64,000 nucleotides of DNA from positions 8,217,412 through 8,281,411 of the forward strand of contig CM121342.1 of assembly GCA_051530055.1 (NCBI GenBank), written 5' to 3'. Shown here piece by piece: positions 36,690-48,560 of the stretch. The position numbers and the translations under genes are program-made. The stretch is from Neoechinorhynchus agilis. Lineage: Eukaryota > Animalia > Acanthocephala. Below the pieces are notes generated by a model. The model was given only the letters and a program-made list of their open reading frames with translations, ran no database searches and was not told the origin of the DNA. Every line of letters starts with the position of its first letter. Position 1 is the stretch's first letter.

Positions 36690-37380
36690 TTTAACAATTT
36701 CGTAAATTTTTGCGCCATATACTTATCGAAAACAGACATTGCACACGACTTTACTAACTTCATAGCAACCAACACCTTTATAGCTTCTCTGCTGGCTCAG
36801 AGAGCATTCCGTGACGTCATCAACATTCACTTCGTTTCATAGTTCTCTACTCTGCCTTGCCCTTCTAGGAGGCTCAGCGAATTCGATCCCATCCTTCATG
36901 TCAGGGTTTTTACCCCGTCCAAAACATAAACTTTGCTTACGTCATAAGAGCAAGAATTTTCACAATTTTGGATATTTTCCGCCGTTCACTTTTAGAAATT
37001 CGATATTTTCCCGACTTTCTTAACATCATCACATCCGACATCCTTATAGCTTCTCTGCTGACTCAGAGAGCATTCAATGACGTCATCGACATTCACTTCG
37101 TTTAATAGCTCTGTACTATGTCTTGCCCTTCTCGGAGGCTCTGCCAATTGGGGCCCCTCATGTAAAACAGGGGTTTTTTTAACCTGTCCAACACTTAACT
37201 TTGCTTACGTCATGAGGGTAAGAATTTTCACAATTTCGGATATTTTTCGCCGTTCACTTGTAGAAAACCGACATTTTTCAAAATTTGCTAACATCATCAC
37301 AACCGACACCTTTGTGGCTTTTCTGCTGGCTCAGAAAGTTTTCAATGACGTCATCAGCATAAACTTCGTTTCATATCTCT
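36690..37380. repeat. Diverged tandem repeat, ~266-bp period, ~2.6 units
   Basis: ctctgctg.ctcaga.ag...tgacgtcatc recurs at ~36811, 37077 and 37346; ctttgcttacgtcat recurs twice. Confidence 0.8.
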
Positions 37381-37399
37381 GTCTTTTATTTTTGTTTTT

Positions 37400-37935
37400 A
37401 TATGAATTATTTTGGCACTTTCGGCAGTCGAATTTTATGTTTTACATGGGATAGGTAGTATGACCACATAAACTCTGATGAACCGCGCGGATCCTCAGAT
37501 GCCTCCATTGGGCTGAACTCATCAGTGAGCTTCCTATCTTCAGCGGTATTTCTCCTTGGGTCGTGCGTCATCGGCGATCGTGTATTCGAACCCATTGACC
37601 CTGAAACATGGATTCGGAGCACAAGCCCACCTCTACACAACTACGAAATGTACAAACTCAGCCGACGAATTCGGTTTGCTCAACCGCATATTTTATCATT
37701 TGTGGGATTGTCAGCTGATTTTCTCAACCGCAAGTATAAATTTCTTCTTACTTTTACATGAATTATTTTAGCACTTTCAGCGGTCGAATTTTATGTTTTA
37801 CATCAGATAATTGATATAGCCACATAGTCTCTAATGCACGGTTAAAAGTTCGTACATCTCTCCGGATCCTCAGATACCTCCAGGGGGCGAGGCTCATCAG
37901 TGAGCTTCCTCCCTTCAGCGGTATTTTGCCCCCTT
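37400..37935 (-). repeat. Two copies of repeat family X (~37400-37555 diverged; ~37760-37935)
   Basis: Both contain ggatcctcagat.cctcca...ctcatcagtgagcttcct..cttcagcggtattt. Confidence 0.85.
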
Positions 37936-38547
37936 TGGTATGGTTCACTTTGGTGTTTGGACTCCACAGTGGCAGACTAGATTATTTAGTTAAAGATAAC
38001 GAGTATCGGTCGTTGATCGACTGCGGTGTCTCGCTTTTATTTTAACGGGCTTTTCATCAAAAATCATGGACGTAAGAAAACGTGTTCCGTGGGGCAGTGG
38101 AGCTAATAATTTAAACGGTTCTCCATTGATGTTAGGTTTATTCATCTGTTTTCCACCTTTGACAGAAAAAATACAACTTTGTTCGAGAAGGGCAGCGGAA
38201 ATGCGGATTGCTGAGAATCCTGAGCGTGCAAATGAATTGAACGCGACCAATAGAAACGTCACTGTGAAGCTTTAGAGAATGATGACGAGAAAACCAAGAA
38301 GATTAGATTGTAATTTGGGAATAATTCTAAGAGAAAGATCTTCTAAATGGATCCCTAAGTAAAAGGCTGCTCTAAACCCAATTATCCTTGAAAATTAAGT
38401 TATTCGTAGTTTTGTGCATTTTTCGTGGAAAATATTTGCTGTCGGGTGTGTTGAACGATAAAAGAAAACGAATTTAGCGTCCTACAAAAATATTAATGTA
38501 GCACAAAAACGTAAAAGTTCAATTTTGACTGAGATGAAAACCAAAGA

Positions 38548-38618
38548 GCATTGGTGGTTCAGAGGTAGAATTCTCGCCTGCCACGCGGGAGACCCGGGCT
38601 CGATTCCCGGCCAATGCA
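38548..38618 (+). tRNA. trnG-GCC: tRNA-Gly (GCC) variant, possibly pseudogene
   Basis: Two changes vs 587-657: T16A in the D-loop and T54C (GGGCTCGA instead of GGGTTCGA) in the B-box. Confidence 0.8.
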
Positions 38619-38884
38619 ACAGCCGATTGAACATCGAAATTCGTCGTCAGGAAATACGCCGACGCGAGTTTGTGCAAACTGAAAAACACTCAATTCGAAG
38701 AAACTAATGGACGTGCAAATGAGTGCTGCAGTGCTGCATGCCTTAGAATAAATGGCGTCAATAATTCGATATTTTTTGCGACAGTTCGTCCATCAGCTTT
38801 TCTAACGGCTGCTCTGCTTTAGATCAGCTTTAAACAAAAGGCGCCCTCATTGAACACACAATCACATACACATGCGAGTTTTCT

Positions 38885-41538
38885 TCACAGATAATATAAC
38901 CGCTCATGCAACACTTCCTTTGGTTCTCGTTTACAGCAAGTTCCGGTCAAGAAGGCTAGTTTATGTGCGTATTGGCAAACGCAGGGGACACGGATAGCAC
39001 CGGACCAATTGAAGTACATGAAACACAATCGATACGAAAAGTTTTGTATTTCATCCATAGAGAATTTACTATGATCAGCAAGGATATTGAAATGACTCGG
39101 AGTCGCAGTTCCCTGAGTAACTCGTTGGGGTACAAGGTAAAAGTCACGCCATCGCTCCATAGTCACTACTCTGTCAATGACAAGACCACCCTCAGGATTG
39201 TTCAGACCTCGGTTATCTTGAGCGAAGAATCTCGCATTAAGGCGTTTACGGACAACAATATAGGTTAGATTTGGCGGACAATGCATACCGTCTCCTTTGT
39301 CGGGCAGCAAATCAAAAGCGTTCAAGATTTGCTGACATTCACTTTGGCCAATGTACTGGAGTTGGCCATCACCAATTCCATCACGGAACACAATAACAGA
39401 AGATGGGTAACGTTTGTTCAAACGGGAATAACGTTCAATGGCTTCTTTAAGACACACGGTTAAAGTAGTAGCTAGTTCCTGTCCTTCGGTTTGGTAATAG
39501 CAACGTGAGTAGAATCGAGAAATGGTATCATTGAGAGAGCACACAATGCCGGCGACACTTGTTCCGCCACGAGCGTGATGGCAATCGATTCCAACGATCA
39601 TTGAGTTCTTGAATGATTCACCGAATCCTCCACATATAGTCCATGCTTCGCATCCAATCTTACAAGCAATTTGAACTCCGATCTTTCCTATCACTGACAT
39701 TTTGGCCTCTCGCACATTCCGCTCCTTTACGAATTGACTTGGAATACCGTAAACATCACATAAAGCTCGTTTTATCATAGAGTAGAATCGACCGGTCGCA
39801 TAGTTCGAAACGAGCACCATAACAAGTTGAATTCCATGCAAATCCAAACGATTAAGAAGCAATTCAGCTTCGACTACGTCATTTTGTTGACCTCGGCTAG
39901 GAAATTTTTCTATTTGAGCTCGAACTGGATCAAGTCCAAGCTCGTGAAGATTACGAGAAACAGAGTCCAAAAACCTGCTCACGTCTATATTATCCGGCGT
40001 AACCACAATCCAACGCCTAAGCTGAAGAACCCGGTAAACAGGACTTCGGCCAACTTGACGCCATTGCATTCTAAATTTACCAGTTGGTGTACCAGGAAGT
40101 GGCTCATCCAGGCGGCGCCCATCAATACTAACCGGGTCGTTACCAATGGTCAACGGAAAATGGGTTCCGCCTTTACAATCACTTAATCTACGCAGAACCT
40201 TGTGAATATAGTTCATTCGAAGTGTCGGAATGGTTTCTCGACATAAAGAACGCATGATCTTTGCTCGATCTCCAGGGGATATACTGTCCATTCCAGCGAT
40301 CTGACATAATTCCGGAATCAATCTAACTTCCATCTTTTTCCCATCTCTTCCTTTGACTCTCGATACAATCAAAGGAAGCCGCGGCTGGCGGATATCAACA
40401 TGGTATCGCTCGTGGTAGTACTCGCAATATGTCATCGTATTGTCATCGTCAGTTTTGAACTGGGAATGAGCATCAGATTCAAAATCAATGTCCATTATCG
40501 AGATGGCGGATAGAGTAAGTTGAGATGTGTTAAGTTATAAATTAACTTTCAATATTTAGTTTCACAAGCAAAAACCCAGTCACAACTTGAACACTGGTAA
40601 TAATGCGGTAAACGTTTAGAATATTTAAGAAATATGTTAAAAAGTCGCCCTTTTTCTATAAACTTATAGTTAACATTCTCGATCCGGCCATCCTCCATTA
40701 CCCTATAAAATCGATTATTATACGTAGTCATTAAAGAGTTACCAACTAATTCATCAATCAATTTTTTCTTTCCGTATTCGTTATTGATATCAACTCTTGA
40801 AAAAAGCGCGCTAACCTTCTGTTTATTAACGACTTTATTAACCCGGTCTATACATAGCATTAGGCGTCCGCTTTCACGAGGCAGAATAGATGATCTTATG
40901 CCCGGATACATATCGAATCCTTCAATATCTCGTCGGGCGCTGGGTTCCATATCGAACATGTTTCGGTTGATACTCCGGAATCCAATAGTATTCAATCGAC
41001 CTCGCAAAACAAGACCAAGAAGAGCAACAAATGGTTCTGTGCCGGGTACAGTTTCCCCTGTATCCTGAAATCGAACATTGTAGACCTGCCCCCTATAACT
41101 GATATCCCCATGTTCTTCACATTCAATTCTATGAGCCAAATGAACACTCTGACCACTAAAGCTAAACACCGAATTCTCCCAATGTTTTCGGGCGATCATC
41201 TTGACCATTTTTGACATTGAAAACATTGATTTGCATGGCGGATCAAAGAAAACGGCATAATTGAAGATTTTATACGAAGGAACTTTTTCCACCGTGAAAA
41301 AGTTTGACAGGACGTTAACGCGCACTCCACTTTTACCGACATCAACTAAACGATCAACATCCTCAACATGAAACGCTTCAGAGAGTTCAGTACCAAATCG
41401 AGGTCGGCGACGTCCTCCATGCTCACCACCCGTCGTTCCACCACCAACAACATTGCTTGGGTCACCGGGAGGATTTCGAGCAACACTCATTTCCTCGAGA
41501 CGACGTTGAATGCTACGCTCACCACGATCAGGATCCAT
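38885..41538 (-). CDS. piwi: Piwi-clade Argonaute, ~816 aa, interrupted once in PAZ by a MITE-like insertion
   Basis: GKSG..V.VLSNFF; TTYNNRFYR|IMDIDF; EYY..RY; PELC; Y..IK..PSQ; MIVGIDCHH; FRDGIGDGQ; QGTATPSHF; YFNWSGAIRVPCVCQYAHKLA; C-terminal LYYL; D-E-D-H tetrad appears intact. Probable start is MDPD at 41538. Confidence 0.93.
40498..40693. mobile_element. 196-bp MITE-like insertion with 7-bp TSD (TCCATTA) inside Piwi
   Basis: TSD at 40491-40497 and 40694-40700; imperfect TIRs GAGATGGCGGATAGAG / GGATGGCCGGATCGAG; removing the insert plus one TSD gives RFYRVMDIDF in frame. Confidence 0.85.
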
Positions 41539-41644
41539 TTTTTGGAGCAGCCTCTGAAATTGAAGATTCGAAGCACGATTAAAAGTTATGTCACGTGCGC
41601 GGTAATATCGTCTCGCAGTAGCGAAAAAAACGTGATTTAAGATT

Positions 41645-41874
41645 TTTTTAAGTTTTACTGGCAAGCCGGTATTGTTATCATCATTCAATTTTAGTCAATC
41701 CCTTTCCTTGTCCGGCTTATTTATTTAGGCATAAAGCCAAACCAATTACATCAGAGAAGTGATATAACCACATAGTCTCTAATGCACGGTTAAGAGTTTG
41801 TACATTCCTCCGGATCCTCAGATACCTCCAGGAGGCGGGACTCATCAGTGAGTTTCCTCCCTTCAGCGGTATTT
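41645..41874 (-). repeat. Repeat family X copy directly upstream of Piwi
   Basis: Reverse complement aligns with 5590-5720; plus strand aligns with 5345-5416. Confidence 0.85.
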
Positions 41875-42189
41875 AAGATTCCAAGATAGGCGAAAACATC
41901 TGCACCGGTGTCGGTCCTTATGATCATTACGAAAAGAACTGTACAGAGAGAAATGTTGCATGAATGCTATTCGAACTCTGCCGAAAAAGTAAAGCATTTC
42001 ACTCTTGAGCGCTGGTTATGATTATCATCAATTGAAATATTTCGAAAGAGCAATTGCTCCGTTTTCTAGAAGCGCCAAGATCGTCTCGCAGTAGCGAAAA
42101 AAAATGTTATTTTAAGAATCTTGTTCTAGCGGCAAAAATTAATGGAATTTATTAAATCCGATATTTCGAGGGCTACAAGATTATCTATC

Positions 42190-44477
42190 GTAAAAAGATT
42201 TAAAAACAACCTCGATAAAGATGTAATCAAGATTATGCACCTCGGAAATATCGGATTTAATAAATTCCTTTAAACTTTCCGCCTCAATAATGAACAATTC
42301 AATGTTCAAAAATAAATTTGTGGAACAAGAGTTTTTGAGAACAAAAAGCATCGATAAAGACGTACTCAAGATTGTGCACTTGGGAAATATCGAATTTAAT
42401 AAATTCCTTTAAGCTTTCCGCCTCAATAATGAACAATTCAATGTTCAAATATGAATTTGTCAAACAAGTGTTTTGAGAATAAAAAGCATCGATAAAGACG
42501 TACTCAAGATTGTGCACTTGGGAAATATCGAATTTAATAAATTCCTTTAAACTTTCCGCCTCAATCATGAACAATTAAATGTTCAAATATAAATTTGTCG
42601 AACAAGCGTTTTTGAGAATAAAAAGCATCGATAAAGACGTACTCAAGATTATGCACCTCGGAAATATCGAATTTAATAAATTCCTTTAAACTTTCCGCCT
42701 CAATCATGAACAATTCAATGTTCAAATATAAATTTGTCGAACAAGTGTTTTTGAGAATAAAAAGCATCGATAAAGACGTACTCAAGATTATGCACCTCGG
42801 AAATATCGAATTTAATAAATTCCTTTAAACTTTCCGCCTCAATAATGAACAATTCAATGTTCAAATATAAATTTGTCGAACAAGTGTTTTTGAGAATAAA
42901 AAGCATCGATAAAGACGTACTCAAGATTATGCACCTCGGAAATATCGAATTTAATAAAGTTTTTTAAGCTTTCCGCCTCAATAATGAACAATTCAATGTT
43001 CAAATATAAATTTGTCGAACAAGTGTTTTTGAGAATAAAAAGCATCGATAAAGACGTACTCAAGATTATGCACCTCGGAAATATCGAATTTAATAAAGTT
43101 TTTTAAGCTTTCCGCCTCAATAATGAACAATTCAATGTTCAAATATAAATTTGTCGAACAAGTGTTTTTGAGAATAAAAAGCATCGATAAAGACGTACTC
43201 AAGATTATGCACCTCGGAAATATCGAATTTAATAAATTCCTTTTAACTTTCCGCCTCAATCATGAACAATTCAATGTTCAAATATAAATTTGTCGAACAA
43301 GTGTTTTTGAGAATAAAAAGCATCGATAAAGACGTACTCAAGATTATGCACCTCGGAAATATCGAATTTAATAAATTCCTTTTAACTTTCCGCCTCAATA
43401 ATGAACAATTCAATGTTCAAATATAAATTTGCCGAACAAGTGTTTTTGAGAATAAAAAGCATCGATAAAGACGTACTCAAGATTATGCACCTCGGAAATA
43501 TCGAATTTAATAAATTCCTTTTAACTTTCCGCCTCAATCATGAACAATTCAATGTTCAAATATAAATTTGTCGAACAAGTGTTTTTGAGAATAAAAAGCA
43601 TCGATAAAGACGTACTCAAGATTATGCACCTCGGAAATATCGAATTTAATAAATTCCTTTAAACTTTCCGCCTCAATAATGAACAATTCAATGTTCAAAT
43701 ATAAATTTGTCGAACAAGTGTTTTTGAGAATAAAAAGCATCGATAAAGACGTACTCAAGATTATGCACCTCGGAAATATCGAATTTAATAAATTCCTTTT
43801 AACTTTCCGCCTCAATAATGAACAATTCAATGTTCAAATATAAATTTGTCGAACAAGTGTTTTTGAGAATAAAAGCATCGATAAAGACGTACTCAAGATT
43901 ATGCACCTCGGAAATATCGAATTTAATAAATTCCTTTAAACTTTCCGCCTCAATAATGAACAATTCAATGTTCAAATATAAATTTGTCGAACAAGTGTTT
44001 TTGAGAATAAAAAGCATCGATAAAGACGTACTCAAGATTATGCACCTCGGAAATATCGAATTTAATAAATTCCTTTAAGCTTTCCGCCTCAATCATGAAC
44101 AATTCAATGTTCAAATATAAATTTGCCGAACAAGTGTTTTTGAGAATAAAAAGCATCGATAAAGACGTACTCAAGATTATGCACCTCGGAAATATCGAAT
44201 TTAATAAAGTTTTTTAAGCTTTCCGCCTCAATCATGAACAATTCAATGTTCAAATATAAATTTGCCGAACAAGTGTTTTTGAGAATAAAAAGCATCGATA
44301 AAGACGTTCTCAAGATTATGAACCTCGGAAATATCGAATTTAATAAATTCCTTTAAACTTTCCGCCTCAATAATGAACAATTCAATGTTCAAATATAAAT
44401 TTGCCGAACAAGTGTTTTTGAGAATAAAAAGCATCGATAAAGACGTTCTCAAGATTATGCACCTCGGAAATATCGAA
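42190..44477. repeat. Tandem satellite, 139-bp unit, ~16 copies
   Basis: ORF-track period 139 (42715/42854/42993); unit contains cctcggaaatatcgaatttaataaattcc and the hairpin tgaaca-attcaa-tgttca; edge units are more diverged. Confidence 0.98.
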
Positions 44478-45802
44478 CGTGAAAAAACTTACAATCAATT
44501 GAATTGATAAAATGACTCTGATCCAATCAATATCGAAATATGTTCATTCGACTCTTTACCGCGGTCTTTCTCTTGGGTGTTGAAAGGCCATCTAAATAGC
44601 AACTAATAAATAACGTTAAAATTTCCGCCAAAACATTTTAAAGATTGTACGAGAGGCACCAATTCGCCTGGGCATCGGTCAAAGGAAAACCTAAGCGGAT
44701 GACCATGGTACGAGGGCGATGATAGCACGGAAGAAATTAACGTGTATAGTCGATGACGTCATAGTTGGAATTTAAAATTCTATTCGGAAAATACTGTTTT
44801 TAGGGAAATAACGAATGTTTTTAAAAAGTCGGTAGTGGGCGTTACTACGTATGATTTAAATCATTTTAATTGAAAATGTGCAAATCATTGATAAAAATGT
44901 CAAATGGGAATTATTTAAAAACTAAGCTCAACTCACAAGTAATAAACTGATTTGATTTTTCGATTTAGTATGTGAACTCGATTTGTTTCTGAACGATAGT
45001 TGCTTGGCGGGCCAGGAAGAAAGGTTATATATTTTGTGAGAACCGGTGATGACGTCAGAGAAAGGGTTAAAGATTCCTACAGATTTGGTTTTTCTTTCAA
45101 AGAAATGTGTTTGACCATAATTCAGGGCCATGAGATTAAATGAAGATTGAATAATGTTTGTTTATGGCGGAAAATTAAAGTAGTAATTTATTTAGAAGAC
45201 GATATATCCGAGGTGCACGAAAATAAATTTCTTTAATTTACGCCGTAAACAAACACATTAATATATTTTAACTTCTCTCTTGTCGTATTTGTTGAAATCT
45301 AAAAGATAAATCGTTAGATCCACACGAGATCGCAGTTTTTGAAACGCTTGTTAGAGAAATGTCTTTGTTATTTACAAAGAAATTAGATAAAAAATACGAA
45401 GATTGGCGGATTCACTAATTTTTCCCTTTCCGTTCAGCTTTGTACTTGCGCTTTCTAAAGGCTCAGGCTCCTTCGTGCTCAATTGAACGTTTTATTTAAT
45501 TAATAGCTAAAAACCTTTTCCATAAATTTCTTATTCGATTCAATCACAGTTTCGATTTTGTTAGCAAGGCGGTCGTCAATCCCCACAATTGCGAATCGAT
45601 TTGTAAAATGGTTTATAATGAAAGCAATTAAGATGCTTGATCCATCGATTTAATTGGCTTAAAATGAAAATGGATTGCAAGAATAAGAAATTTGCATAAA
45701 AACGATCGCCAATCAACGTTTTCAATCAATTATTTGTTGAAAATCACTATAAGTATAAGAGTAAATGTTTGTCAAATTTTTAGATATAACTGTCCTTTCG
45801 AC

Positions 45803-46180
45803 ATGGGACGAAAATCTAAAACGATGAATTCTCGGTATTATATGAAAATACCAGGAAACAAATTAGACGAGCTCAGTAATCGAGCAGAAATTGAAGCTGC
45901 TTCCTCTGTTTGTACCAACCATGGTTCAGCCCTTTCCACAGAGCAACGAATAAAGGCGATAGAGACCAAAGGATTTTATCAGGAGGCATATAAAACAGTA
46001 AACAAAAAACAAACAATTGTCCCAGAGGGAAACATTAACGCTGTATATGAAAATAATCTTCGATTAATGCCTAATGCAATCGCTGGTCCTTTAATTTACG
46101 AGAAAGGGCCAGCAGAAAGGTTAGCAAATTGGAAGCGAGCATTGACGTATTTCGTTCAAAGATCAACTTGTGAGTCTTAA
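45803..46180 (+). CDS. Orphan ORF, 125 aa from first ATG
   Basis: Open frame with protein-like composition; no motif recognised. Confidence 0.3.
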   Translation: MGRKSKTMNSRYYMKIPGNKLDELSNRAEIEAASSVCTNHGSALSTEQRIKAIETKGFYQEAYKTVNKKQTIVPEGNINAVYENNLRLMPNAIAGPLIYEKGPAERLANWKRALTYFVQRSTCES

Positions 46181-46499
46181 GGAAAAATCATAGATGCTTT
46201 GTTTGAATTTGGTTTTGCCTTCGACGCATTTTCGACAATAGTATTAAATGAAATCGCAAGTTCGTAAAAATCTTATACGATCAGTTTCTGAGTGCGTCGT
46301 CTTTCAAAAATGAAATTAATTTTATTTGATCGTCTACTGATACAATCATGAGAGGTTTGTAGGGGAAGGGATGTTCCGCAGACAATACGAACGAGAGCTA
46401 AAGAACTGCTCAAGAAGCGGTGGAACGAACTTTTCACACTTCAATGTCGCTACTTTAACGCACCCTTCACATCTCCATGCGCCTTTGCTGTAAAACGGG

Positions 46500-47512
46500 G
46501 AAAGTTCTCTGAAATAAAGATTTTCCTTTCTATCTTTACAAACTGCCCGACCAAGCCCTCAAGTGTGCATTTTTAAAATTATAAAACTTAATCATATGGC
46601 TGGAATCTGAAGAAGTATTTTATAAGATCAATAATTAGTTCTTTAGACAAAAATCTCTATTTCCCATTGTAAGTCTTAATAAGTAGGGTATTTTTGTTTT
46701 CCAAGAAAATATTTCCTCGGCTTAAATAAAACACATAAAAGCCGCTCCAAACCTATTATTAAATTTTGATTTTTTTACGAACGAGTAAAACGATTTGATC
46801 AGTGTAGGAGTTCGACGTTTCCATTTGATACGAATTTTTCGACTTAACAGAATGCAATATTTAAAGGGCAATAAGGTTTCACTATAAAATGGCCCAGCGG
46901 CCGTGTGGTGTGCGCGTTCATAATGCGCTTGATATGTCGAAGTTTCAACGCCACCGGTCGCTGGGTTCCACGCGTGTGCGAGGCTGCTGGAAGGGTGAGG
47001 GTCAGGTTTGAGATCACCCATCGGTCCCAAAAAGTTTTTTGGCCCTGTCCCTTCGAGTGCGGCTAAGCGCCTCCAATGTGTACAGGTCAGCCGAAAGGCT
47101 CACAAAAAGGAATATAGCCGAGAGGTTCAAAAGAAGAAGTCGCAAGACCAATCAATCAATCTGAAGAACAGAACCATGCGTACGTCTGACTGTAAGGATA
47201 AATAAAATAAATAACACTATAAAATATTCAAGTTTTGTAATTTTAAAAATGGACACTTGAGGGGTTTTGTTGTTGTATTGACAAAAAAGAAAATCTTTAT
47301 TTCTGAGACGTTTCACCGTCCTACGGCTTCTTCAGGAATTGTTTTCGGAAAAAATGAAGTTTACTTGTATTTTGAGTGAGCCGTGACACAGTGAAAGTTC
47401 TCTGAAATAAAGATTTTCTTTTTTATCACTCGAACAGCCCGACCAAGCCCTCAAGTGTGCATTTTTAAAATTATAAAACTTAATCATATGGCTGGAATCT
47501 GAAGAAGTATTT
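46500..47512 (+). repeat. ~120-bp direct repeat pair (46500-46620 and 47393-47512)
   Basis: gaaagttctctgaaataaagatttt...cccgaccaagccctcaagtgtgc...ggaatctgaagaagtattt occurs twice. Confidence 0.9.
47300..47340 (-). ncRNA. Penelope-type minimal hammerhead ribozyme; core intact, stem I degenerate
   Basis: CUGAAGA-A-GCCGU-AGG-ACGGU-GAAAC-GUC followed by AAUAAA. Confidence 0.75.
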
Positions 47513-47767
47513 CACAATACTTGAGAAATAAAAGACGGTTGGAAATTTAAATCGTTTTAAATCAAATGACCAGCAATTCAGTTCATGACCGGTTGCACAA
47601 AACAAATTTTCACGGTAACCAATTGAATAATACCCACATTTTTACTTGATCTATTACGTCGCAGTCAAGTCGGAGACGAGTGACAGCATCAAAAGTGCAT
47701 AATATCTATGGATATAGATACAAAAAAGGAAAAAATCTGCTCCGATCTTCACATAGAGGCACAGGAA

Positions 47768-48217
47768 ATGTTATTCGTTCTACCAATACTGGCACTTTTA
47801 GTTGTGTTGTCCAATGAAACCCACTTGCACCGACGTTCGAATGGAGAAGGGATGCAAACCGCAATTGCCGGAGCTGCTCTTGGACCTACTCTGTTTAAGC
47901 GAATCTTTGGTGGTTCCGAAGGTCGCACGGGTGCAAAAGATAGAGTGATGAGTGCAATGGCTGCTGTTGCTATCGGAAAACTCTTTCAGCCAAGATTCGA
48001 CCAACCTTCATTTTGCAACAATGATTATGTTAGACTTGCCACAACGATCATGTCCGATCATCGAGTTGGACAACTAGCCAGAATGCTGGAGATATTCGGG
48101 TGCAGCTTTGGTGGACGAAAAGCGATGATCAAACACAATGAAGTTGTCACTGAACGCAAACGAGATAGAATGCTTAGGAAGATCAAACAGATTTTCGGAA
48201 GTGGAGATAACGAGTGA
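47768..48217 (+). CDS. Orphan putative secreted protein/peptide precursor, 149 aa
   Basis: Signal-like MLFVLPILALLVVLS, dibasic RR/KR/RK sites, basic amphipathic segments. Confidence 0.5.
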   Translation: MLFVLPILALLVVLSNETHLHRRSNGEGMQTAIAGAALGPTLFKRIFGGSEGRTGAKDRVMSAMAAVAIGKLFQPRFDQPSFCNNDYVRLATTIMSDHRVGQLARMLEIFGCSFGGRKAMIKHNEVVTERKRDRMLRKIKQIFGSGDNE

Positions 48218-48364
48218 AGTTGGTTTTTTTGCAAATCGATATCACTTTTTGGGCGATGAATATATAGGATCCTCCCGTCTCATTTTGAAATTAAACACTT
48301 AAAAGCTTACGCAAAACGTCGTTCATGAATTCAACTGTAAAGAAGTTGTTCATTTATATATTTT

Positions 48365-48560
48365 TTCTTTGGTGATGAGAAGAATGAAGATTGATTTATT
48401 AACTCCCAATATTTCGTCCATTTCGTCGGATTTCTTCATGTCTAAAAGGTACGTCAGGATAAAGCAACCCTGACTTACCCTTTTAGACATGAAGTCTTAT
48501 GATTCGGACAAAATATTGGGTATTGATAAGTCAATCTTCATTCTTCTCATCACCAAAGAA
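48365..48560. mobile_element. 196-bp foldback/MITE-like palindrome
   Basis: Perfect 30-bp terminal IR ttctttggtgatgagaagaatgaagattga, inner 16-bp IR cttcatgtctaaaagg and further nested pairings; no clear TSD. Confidence 0.85.

Noticed and set aside
40545-40547. Canonical AG acceptor inside the Piwi insert
   Set aside because: Out of phase with the donor, and an in-frame TAA at 40535-40537 follows.
38885-41688. Prokaryotic Argonaute, AGO-clade protein, or two separate genes
   Set aside because: Motifs are Piwi-clade, and the two ORFs are one gene split at a TSD-flanked insert.
41539-41688. Extra 50 N-terminal codons of Piwi (MNDDNNTG...)
   Set aside because: They overlap repeat X sequence also found at 5345-5416; probably untranslated.
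42181-44452. Repeated 60-90 aa ORFs in the 139-bp array
   Set aside because: By-product of a tandem unit whose length is not a multiple of 3; most start at non-ATG codons.
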